Source of the DNA: Amoebidium appalachense
Lineage: Eukaryota; Protista; Ichthyosporea
Direction: 5' to 3'
Assembly (NCBI GenBank): GCA_963693365.1
Contig: CAVNZM010000001.1
Location: 12,944,418 to 13,008,417, forward strand
DNA: 64,000 bases
In this document: piece after piece, positions 54,937 to 64,000 of the stretch
Layout: every line of letters starts with the position of its first letter
How positions within the stretch are numbered: the first letter of the stretch is position 1
The notes under the pieces: model-generated
What the model was told of the DNA's origin: nothing
What the model saw: only the letters and a program-made list of their open reading frames with translations
Databases searched by the model: none
Position numbers and translations under genes: made by a program

Positions 54937-55992
54937 TTAGGCCCTGTGCCCACCGGTCCCCGGAGGAATCGATGGACCGGCTCCGGATGGGCCACTGCCG
55001 GGACCGCGCCGAGCCCGGGTGACTTCGGCGAGGGTCTTGGCTTGACGAACAGCCCGGGTGGCCAAGGCAGGGGGCAGGGGCAGGCTGCGCGCAGGGAGCT
55101 CCTCAAACTGCTCTGCAACAGCCCAGTCCCCGTTGGACTGATCAGCAGTCTGCACAGCCAGCAGACGGCGCACACCAACTTCCACAGCAGGTGACTCCTT
55201 GCGGGCCTTAGGGTCGGCGGCCAGCAGCAGATCCAGCATACGGGCAAGCGTCAGAGCCTCCCGTTTGTTGCGGTAGCTGACCCAATCCGCCGCGTGGACA
55301 GCCGCAGTGACCGAGGCCTGGTCAGCCAAGGTGCTCTTGAGGTAGGAAGGGGCCAGACGTTTTTTGACGCGCAGGTTGACTTTGGCGCCGCTGGAGAGCA
55401 GATAACGGCTGGGGTTGGGTTTGGAACGGACAGAGGAACGACGGCTGCGAGAGGAACGACCGTAGCCACTGCTGCTGGAATCAGAATCCTCACTCGACGA
55501 TGGGGTGTCTTCACTGCCGGTGTCGTACGCATAGACAGGCTCCTTGCCCTTTGCCCGCGCAGACAGCGTGCTCAGCAGGCCGCCGGCAGAGGGCTTCTTG
55601 GGGCGACCAGACTGGGCAACAGAGAGGGCTTGCACTTGGGCAGAAAGCGCCTGCAGCTGCTCTTGGACGTCTACACCGTCAGAACGCCGCTGGGGAGAGG
55701 GCGACCCAGGTGGGGGGGAGGCACGGCCGCTGCGAGGAGTGCGACAGAGCAAGTGCAGCTGGTCGGTGACTTTCCAACCGACCATCTCAGGGTCATCAAA
55801 AGCCACCGAGCGCGCCTTGAGGGCTGAAACCACACTGTTGACGGTTTCTGCCGGCAGGCTGTTCCAGGGGAGGGCGTTGGACTGCAAAACGGCCAGACTT
55901 TTGAGGCTTGCGTCGTCCGCATCGGTAGAGATCTCCAAAAGCTTTTCGAGGAGAGCGGCCCCCTTGGCGACCAGAGCAGGAGGAGGGGCCAT
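54937..55992 (-). CDS. Gag-like ORF1, 351 aa
   Basis: Intact from MAPPPALV. Confidence 0.8.
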   Translation of the reverse strand: MAPPPALVAKGAALLEKLLEISTDADDASLKSLAVLQSNALPWNSLPAETVNSVVSALKARSVAFDDPEMVGWKVTDQLHLLCRTPRSGRASPPPGSPSPQRRSDGVDVQEQLQALSAQVQALSVAQSGRPKKPSAGGLLSTLSARAKGKEPVYAYDTGSEDTPSSSEDSDSSSSGYGRSSRSRRSSVRSKPNPSRYLLSSGAKVNLRVKKRLAPSYLKSTLADQASVTAAVHAADWVSYRNKREALTLARMLDLLLAADPKARKESPAVEVGVRRLLAVQTADQSNGDWAVAEQFEELPARSLPLPPALATRAVRQAKTLAEVTRARRGPGSGPSGAGPSIPPGTGGHRA

Positions 55993-57052
55993 TGCAATGC
56001 TCACAAACCAGACTAGAGCACAAAAACTTGAAAACGACGACTGGAAAATGCAAAAACGTGGGAAAACCGACACCGCAAAAAACGTCCGAAAACCAGCTAA
56101 AACGCAACGGCGCGCACGCAAAACTCTTACCAGATGCTGCCGAAGCTAAGCGCGCGCTCCTGGGCAAAAAAAAATAGAGAAAAAACGAACAAGAGCGCGA
56201 AAAACGGGGACTAGAGTTGCAAAAACTTAGCTAAAAAATTGGGCCTAAAGAGACCTAAACGCGCTCAGTAGCGCCGCAACTGACCTCCCTGGGGCCACGC
56301 AAGCTCATTATAGAGCGCGGCCCACATTTTTGCCTATGGAAATATGAAGAAATGACTTAGAACCTATCAAATCCATGAAATCTACCAAAATGGAATTTTT
56401 GCTGCACATCAACCAATGAAAATTTTCACAAGTGGCTAAAACCCCTAGATCATAAAGACCAAATCGATTGCCGCCCATTTCGGACTAGATATAACTCAAA
56501 CTCATCAATATATCCATATGGCATATCCCACAGAACATAAAAACAGCTACAGCTCCCTAAATAAAAATGCTAGCAGCCTGAACCTTTGCACACACATCAA
56601 ACACACCATGGCCTACAACATTATAATACCACGAAGTTTACAGCACACTCGAAACACACAATTTCACTCCAACGGGGCTATCTAATTCTCCTGCAAAGAA
56701 AACACGTTTACAAACTTAATATTGCACATGTAGCCTGAAAGATTAAAGTGAATGTGTGTATGTATATGTGCGAGTATATTTGTGTATGCAATACATGTAC
56801 AATGTTTTCGTCTTTGTAGGTGGGTGGGTGGGGTGGGTGGGGGGGGGGGGGGGGGTGCGCGGGGGGGAAGAGGGAGGGGGGAGGGGGCATCATGATCAGG
56901 GATAACAGGGTGTGTGCGTGTGTGCGCTTGTGTGTGCATGTGCTGTGTGTGTTGTGTAGGTGTGCGCCTGTGTGTGTGTGCGTGCCTGTGTGTGCGCGCC
57001 TGTGTGTGTGTGTGTGTGTGTGTGTGCAGTGTGCATGTGTGAGTGTGTGTGC

Positions 57053-57104
<52 letters not shown>

Positions 57105-57446
57105 TTTCAAAGAAGTCGAAAGCGCCAGTGACACCCATGTTGAAAAAAAGACAAGCAAGCACGCTAAGAAGGACAGCAAGAAGTAACAGAAACCCTTTCA
57201 TGCCGAAAAAATGGTCAAGAACAAAGAAGTGGAGGACACGTAACTATAGTCTGATAGTTGTGACTAAGGGCACTAAGGGTAGCGCTAAGGGCACCAAGCT
57301 GATGCACGCGCGCGCGCGAGCCGAAATCTATTTTTATCTTTTTCCTAATCAGGCGCGGCGAATAGTGATTGGCTAAATCCCAATCCGGTTTGCAATTTTT
57401 TCTCCATTTAAGCCTGTACGCACGTTGTTTTCTCCATTTCTCTTCC

Positions 57447-57570
57447 CCCTTCCCGCAGGTCCGCAGGTCCTTTCCCGCAGGTCGCCTGGTCGCAGGTCCC
57501 TTCCCGCAGGTCGCCTGGTCGCAGTTCCCTTCCCGCAGCGCCTGGTCACAGATCCCCTCCGCAGATCGCG
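57447..57570. repeat. GC-rich minisatellite (CCCTTCCCGCAGGTCGCCTGGTCGCAG)n
   Basis: 3-4 imperfect tandem copies. Confidence 0.85.
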
Positions 57571-60380
57571 CAGCCACCGTGCTGATTGTTTTGGACCATG
57601 CTGCATGCTGCAGCTTCTTCTTGAAGGTTAGTTTTGTGTTGCCTGCTTTTGTGCATATGGCGTTTGTCTGTCTGGTCTGTGTCCGTCCTGTGATTATGTC
57701 TGTGTCTGTGTCTGTGTGTGTGTGTGTGTATGTGTGTGTGCGTGCGTGCGTGTGCGTGTGTCTGCTGGCTGCAGATGCACGTTGCCTTTCACGAACCAGC
57801 GACTGTGGGCACTACTTTTGCTGTTAGCACTATAGCTATCATCCCCTCCACCGATCGTTCAAGCTATTTTCTGCTTCTCTAGACTTCATAAGTTCTGGTC
57901 CGGGTTTCCGTTCTTACTATGTTTGAGGTTGGTTCTGTCGACTCTTTTTTTGCCACTCTCAGTCAGCCCCCTCAGTCCCCCCCCCCCCCCCCTCCCCCCA
58001 CTTCTCGCAAGTAGGATGAGCTAATTCTTAGCTCGAGTTCCTTTACAGGTTTTGGCAAGGTTGGCCCATGAAGTCATCAGCAGCTATAAGGCTACGTTAT
58101 CATCTAGAGGTGGGTACCGGCTCTTTGTCCTATGGCTGCTGTTGTTTCCGTTTTTCGTTTCATAGGTGGGTACCGGCTCTTTGTCCTGTTAAGGTAAATA
58201 AAGTATGGAGGCAAGACCCTGTGGGTCTGGGGCTCTTTGTCCTATGGCTGCTGTTGTTTCCGTGTTTCGTTTCTGTGTTGCTCTTATAGCACATGAATGA
58301 TCATGTGCATGTTTAGCACCCATAGGTGGGTACCGGCTCTTTGTCCTGTTAATTACTCTGCCGGCATTTGGTATGGTATGGTTTGGTGTAAGAGTGCCCC
58401 CCTTATATTGTCATGTTGGGCGTCCTTTTTTTTTTTTTGGGGCCTCATACACATACACACACACCTTGTTACTCTTCTGTCAAGGGATTAGCATGTGTTT
58501 AGTTTAATGATGTTGGGAGCTTCTTAGAAACCCGCATAATAGTTTGCTTGTTTTGAGTTTTGTTTATGTTCGTTGCTGCTCTTTTATACTTCTTCCCCCC
58601 CCCCCCCCCTCCCGGCTGGGGGGGAGGAAGGAAATGAGGGTGGGGAGGATGAGGATGAGGACTAGTGGGATGATAGAAGCCCCCCCCCCCCCACCACCCT
58701 CTTTTTTTTTTTCTTTTTTTGATATGTTTTGGTGTCTAGTGCAGTCTGGAGCAGACTCCAGAGTCGAGACATAGAAATTTGTTGTATTGCAGTCTCGCTC
58801 CTGTGGAACGAGACTTAAAAATTTGTAACAAGTTGTGAGAAAAAACAAACTGTCAGACGTGGTCTCTGCTCCAGTGGAGCGAGACAAAAAAGTACATATG
58901 GTATCCGTCTCTGCTCCTGTGGAGCGAGACGCAAAGAAACATCTTTATGCGCTCTTCTTACCGTCTGATGTCATATTGTATGTGTCCTTACAGTGATTTT
59001 ATGACGTATGATGTATGATATCATTATCATACATTGAACATGCCATTATGCATGTAAGGATGGGTTTATGACGCACCAAAAAGCACATTGTGCATGTGCA
59101 TAGCACACCCTTACAACATATGCAAGTGTACGTTACGACGTCAAATGTATTAATATGCGTCATCTACATTATATGTCGTAATGTCCTCCTATGCATCTGT
59201 TTACAACATCGTAATGTAATCTGTAGTAGGATGCAAATCACATCTTATGATAGGTCATGGGTTAGCACAAACCCACCCATGGTATATCCACTGGTTGTGT
59301 TTCGGATGTCGGAAAGGGCGTCTGAACGATTGGATTTCGATCTATTTTTATAATCAACTGGATGGTTTTGCAGTGCTCCATTGCATTGCTTTACAACAAA
59401 CGATAGACATACATGTGATAGTCATACGTATTTGATCAAGAGGGTATTAATACCATACATTCGATGCGTTTACAGTGCTCCGTTATATGGCTTTACATCA
59501 AACCATAGACATGCATAAGATCGTCCACAGGGTGGCGTTCTGATCCTCCCGTAGACGGTGTTACGACTGTCTGAATGCCCCCTGGCCGCCGTCATATACC
59601 CACCGACTGGACGTCGTATGTTGGATCTATTGCACGTCGGTTAGATGGCTACATTGCACACCCATTGGATATGCACTCGCGGGGTTCTATGTACATCCAT
59701 TGGTGCATCGGGTATCGGATCGAGCAGATTACGACACATCCATTGGACGTCGGGGAGCAATGATATGTATTTGGGGTTAGTTTTGGAGGTGTTGAGGGGT
59801 TTCCGATGTCGTCGGGTAGTTTACGACAGCTTTTGAATGCCGCAACAAGATTGCTGATGTTTATGGAATGTTGTGAATGAGTGTGAGCGAATGAACAATC
59901 AATAGACTTAGCTATATATGGCGAAAAGCCACGAGCCAAGAGCCACGAGCCGCTGGCGAAAGATTGCCATGAGGCTTGTACTTATATTCTTACAGAGAGA
60001 TGAAATCAATTAACAGAAGTGTGTAAATAATTAACAATGATATAAGGCTGATATATATCTGTCATTCTAGAGAAATATGTAGTAACTTGTAATGTAAATA
60101 TGCCCTGTACGTACTGTCTCTATATGATAAGTAACTGTGAGCCGGATCCACTCATAAGGTCTTATAGGATGACATCATAGTGAGCAAAGAATAGATCGAA
60201 TAGATTGATTCGGTAGATCTGTAGCCGCGCACTTTGTACATAGATGTCGGAACTCTTTTAACATATTATTTAGTGTAGCCAAGAGCGCTAGAAAGTATTA
60301 AAGTTAGTTAGAATTCGTTATTTAGACAGGGTCATTCCCCTTTTTAGTACATGGTCACAACTAAGGGAAATAACACGCAT

Positions 60381-63205
60381 AGAATATTTAGTTTGTAAAC
60401 GATATTTAGTTTGTAAACAGGTGAATTAGATAGTTCCGTTGGAGTGAAATTGTGTGTTGCGAGTGTGCTGTAAAATTCGTAGTAGTAGCATGGTGTAGGC
60501 CTTGGTTTATTTGATGTGTGTGAAAGTTTCAGGCTGCTAGCATTTTTATTTAGGGAGCTGTAGCTGTTTTTATGTTCTGTGGGATATGCCATATGGATAT
60601 ATTAATGAGTTTGAGTTATATCTAGTCCGAAATGGGCGGCAATTGATTTGGTCTTTGTGATCTAGGGGTTTTAGCCACTTGTGAAAATTTTTCATTGGTT
60701 GATGTGCAGCAAAAATTCCATTTTGGTAGATTTCATGGATTTGATAGGTTTTAAGTCATTTCTTCATATTTCCATAGGCAAAAATGTGGGCCCCGCTATA
60801 TAATGAGCTTGCGCGGCCCCAAGGAGGTCAGTTGCGGCGCTACTGAGCGCGTTTAGGTCTCTTTAGGCCCAATTTAGCTAAGTTTTTGTGGACGTGTTGC
60901 AGTTTTTGTCTCCTACACTGCAGCCGTTTTTGGCCAACTGCGACGGCGGCCTTCTCAAGCCTGTTCCGCCGACGCCTGCAGAGCTGCGCCGCATCCGACC
61001 GGCGCATCACGTTCCCAGTGGGGAATACGGTCCCCTGCTTCTTCGGCTTCAAGACTGCGGCATGGTGCACTATTTCGAGGCGAAGGAAAAACCACTGGCC
61101 ATCAATGGGCTGTTTGGGGTCCCCAAAGACACCAGAGCCCGCGCCATTTTTGACGGCCGCCGTGGCAACCTGTTCTTTGCCCGTGATCATCCTGCCCTCA
61201 AGGTGCACCTGCCCAACCCTGCCGATTTTGCCGATCTGTTGCTGGGGCCTGAGGATTGCCTCTATTTTGGCAAGTCGGACATGGACAACCAGTTCCATCG
61301 TCTTCTTGCCCCCCGAGTGGCTGTGGCGGTACTTTGGATTGCCGCCTGTGTCTTCGGAGGCTGTTGGCATTTCTGGGCCCGACCGGCTTGTGTACCCGGC
61401 CCTCAAGACCGTGCCCATGGGCTGGGTGCATTCTGTGCTTGTGGCTCAAGACGTCCATGGGCAGTTGGCTGACCGAGCCGGCATGCCCCGCATTGAGCGC
61501 CTCTGTGCGATAGTGCCGCGGCCTGTGGAGGCCACGCAGCATGCCCTGTATGTGGACGACTGTGGCTGGGTCGGCACAGATGCCACCGCCATCAATCGTC
61601 AGCGTGAATCGTATCATGGCGTCACCGGCCCGGCTGGTCTTCCCTCCAATGTCAAGAAGGATGTGGCTGCTGGTTCTTCGTCCTCTATGGTGCTGCTAGG
61701 CCTGGAAATGCATCGCTCTGGGATATTGCGCCCGTCTGGCGCTTCCTTGTGCCGTCTGGTGGCGGAAACCCAGGCCGTGTTGCGTCTTGGTGTCGTCATG
61801 CAGCTCCGTTTGCAGCAGTTGCTTGGTGGTTGGGTGTGGGCGGCACTGCTGCAGCGGCCACTTTTGTCGGTTCTGAGTGCCGTCTACATTTTTGTGGAGC
61901 AGCTAGGGGGTCGGGAACATCCCCTTCCCCCGCCCATGGTGTGGGAGCTTCAGGCGATGTGTGCTTTGGCCCCTTTGATGCGTTGTGATTTGCGTTCTGG
62001 GTTTGCTAGCACCATGTTCTGCACTGATGCTTCCTTGTTGGGTGGTGCAATGGTGTCCCGGGTGCTTCCAGCAACGCTTCTCCGCAAAGTGCTGCCTCAC
62101 TGCAACCGGCGTGGCAACTACAGCCAGCTGTCTGGTCCTGTGCACGAGCCAAGCCCGTCTGCCCCCCCGGCACCTATCCTGGCAGCTGTTGGTGGCCGGT
62201 GGACCACCAACATCAGTCATCGTTGGCGCCACTCCGACCACATCAACATTCTGGAGGGAGAAGCCTTGCTCCTGGGGCTTCGTCGATTAGGTCGGTCTAC
62301 GGCTGCCCGGGGCTCCCGCTACCTTTGGGGCCTTGATTCGACGGCGCTGCTTGGGGCTTTTGCTAAGGGTCGTTCAGTATCCCGACGCCTTAACCGTGTA
62401 TGCCGCCAGGTGGCTGCCTACACGCTTGCCCTTGACATTCGTTTGTATTGTGTGTGGCTGCCGTCAGCTCACAATCCTGCAGATGGTCCCTCGCGGTTTT
62501 CTGGCTGACCAGGCCATAAAGCCCCCAACCCTCAAGGCCTACCGGGATGCTGTTGTTGAGTTCCCGGATTGGTTGCCCCCTGGCACCGACACCAATTCCC
62601 CCACCGAACTGGACGACCTCCTGGTGGAGTATTTTGAGGAGTGTTATGCCATTGATCCATCGCGTGGCCAGCGTCAGCGCTGTGTCAACACAGCTGCCGG
62701 CATCAAGCATTTCATGCCACGCCTGGGTCCACACCTGCAGGCCGCCCAACGGAGCCTGCAGGGCTGGAACCGGCTTGTTCCAGCAAAGACCACGCCCCCG
62801 CTGTGAAAATTTTTCATTGGTTGATGTGCAGCAAAAATTCCATTTTTGGTAGATTATTTCATTGATTTGATAGGTTTTAAGTCATTTCTTCATATTTCCA
62901 TTGGCAAAAATGTGGGCCGCACTATATCATTCGCTTGCGCGGCCCCAGGGAGGTCAGTTGCGGAGCTACTGAGCGTGTTTAGGATTCTTTAGGCCCAATT
63001 TTTTAGCTAAGTTTTTGCCCACCCACCACACCCTTTGCCTATTTAGGCACTAGGCTACGTTTTTTGAGCATGTTTCTGTATGACATTTGTCATTCTTTTC
63101 ATTGCTCCTGTGGAGCACACCTGTGCCTGCTTGTGAGATTGATCCACAGGCACCGGCTCATGTATCCCCTTGCTGGGGCTGGTAAAGACGACGTTGGCAT
63201 AAGAA
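60381..63205 (+). mobile_element. YR retrotransposon with both termini but two internal deletions (gag and RT start lost; YR 3' part, B1 and part of A2 lost)
   Basis: A1 to 60888 joins directly to RT; RT/RH runs to 62508; YR 62483-62802 joins into A2; spacer and B2 (63110-63205) follow. Confidence 0.92.
60889..62508 (+). pseudogene. RT/RNase H, N-truncated, frameshift at ~61310
   Basis: YVDD, TDAS, HINILEGEA and NPADGPSR. Confidence 0.9.
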
Positions 63206-63493
63206 AACAGCCGTTTACGGGCGGGCCTCAGGAGGCCCTGCCGACTTGTCTAGATCTAAGGACACATTCTGCTCAAGAGCAGTGCCAGCGACTTAGAGGC
63301 CTATGAATCTGCGGGCTTGTGGGTTATACGCACGCAGGATATGGCTCACTGTTCACAACATCCAATTGGCTACAGGGGAATGTCAAGAACAAATAGGGCT
63401 ACACTTAAACAGGACCAATCATTGCATTTACATTTACGTACAGAGAAATGATTGGATAAGCCATACCTAGAGACTAACCAATCGGAATGCTAT

Positions 63494-63862
63494 TTCTTAT
63501 GGCAACTTCGCCTTTACCAGTCCCAGCACAGGGATGCTTGATGTTGTGCCTGCTGACCCTATGATCTCAGGCACATGTGTGCTCCAATTCAAAGCCTTAT
63601 GAGGCAGGGTTTCAAAGCCCAACGAGGCAAGGGTTCAAAGCCTAATAAGGCAAGGGTGGGTGGGTGGGCAAAAACTTGACTACAGGCAGTAACCTAAAAA
63701 GGCCTACCTACTTACACCAAAACAAATTGTATAGACCAGCATATGTACATCGCCGAATTTTCACGACCACTATCACATGCATATCTCGCACACGGAATCC
63801 TGTTACTCTGTCTCCGGTGCTGTCCAATGCTCCTGCAAAGAACAAACGTTCACAAACGAATC
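63494..63862 (-). mobile_element. Diverged B-spacer-A unit from a related YR retrotransposon subfamily
   Basis: TTCTTATGGCAACTTCGCCTTTACCAG...GTGTGCTCCA resembles B; GGTGGGTGGGCAAAAACTT matches the spacer/A junction; CTCCTGCAAAGAACAAACGTTCACAAAC resembles the A terminus. Confidence 0.75.
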
Positions 63863-64000
63863 ATAGTTGTAGTAGCTGACGGTGTGAACATGTCACTTGG
63901 TCGTCTGTGTTGCGGTCGTTCCTCAAAGAGAACCCGTTTAAAAACGAACCAGTGTGTCTGTATCGGATGATGATCAATCAGTTCAACTTTTTATAAAAAG

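Larger units (their letters stand above)
51157..56723 (-). mobile_element. Near full-length Ngaro/PAT-type YR retrotransposon (B2 truncated), nested in the Plavaka element
   Basis: A1 56219-56723, gag, RT/RH, YR, B1 51800-51895, A2 51297-51801, spacer, partial B2 51157-51205. Confidence 0.95.
44931..59859 (-). mobile_element. Second Plavaka/CACTA-like DNA transposon, 14.9 kb including nested insertions
   Basis: 13-bp TIR CATCAGCAATCTT, TSD TT (44929-30, 59860-61), inverted subterminal CATCGGAAACCCCTC motif, CGACGTCG-rich ends and transposase exons. Confidence 0.88.

Noticed and set aside
58792-58930. Mini-CRISPR from spaced palindromes
   Set aside because: Only three copies, unequal spacers, no cas genes or leader.
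59862-60375. 3' LTR of the Gypsy element
   Set aside because: It ends in ...AACA and follows pol once Plavaka-2 is removed, but there is no second copy or clear PPT in the window.

Overview
Eukaryotic, transposon-dense region with spliceosomal introns full of (CA)n/(TG)n and poly-C/G tracts; I see no recognisable intact housekeeping gene. (1) The main component is a young family of tyrosine-recombinase (YR) retrotransposons with Ngaro/PAT-type split direct repeats (A1-gag-RT/RNaseH-YR-B1-A2-spacer-B2): two full-span copies (26158-31783, 51157-56723), four deleted or rearranged copies, a solo A-spacer-B unit, B fragments and one diverged relative. (2) There are two large Plavaka/CACTA-like DNA transposons with CATCAGCAATCTT inverted termini and 2-bp TSDs (13261-24572, 44931-59859), plus the end of a probable third at 1-118. 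They carry intron-containing transposase remnants, and one holds a ~182-bp satellite array. (3) Other elements are a decayed Gypsy pol, an XPG/Exo1-nuclease + SWIM pseudogene and an intact orphan 293-aa ORF between B repeats. (4) A 0.67-kb miniature LTR element (TRIM) at 7889-8556 carries a Pol III tRNA-like gene in each LTR. Most long ORFs in the supplied track are microsatellite or antisense artefacts. Family assignments come from motif recognition by eye; no searches were run.
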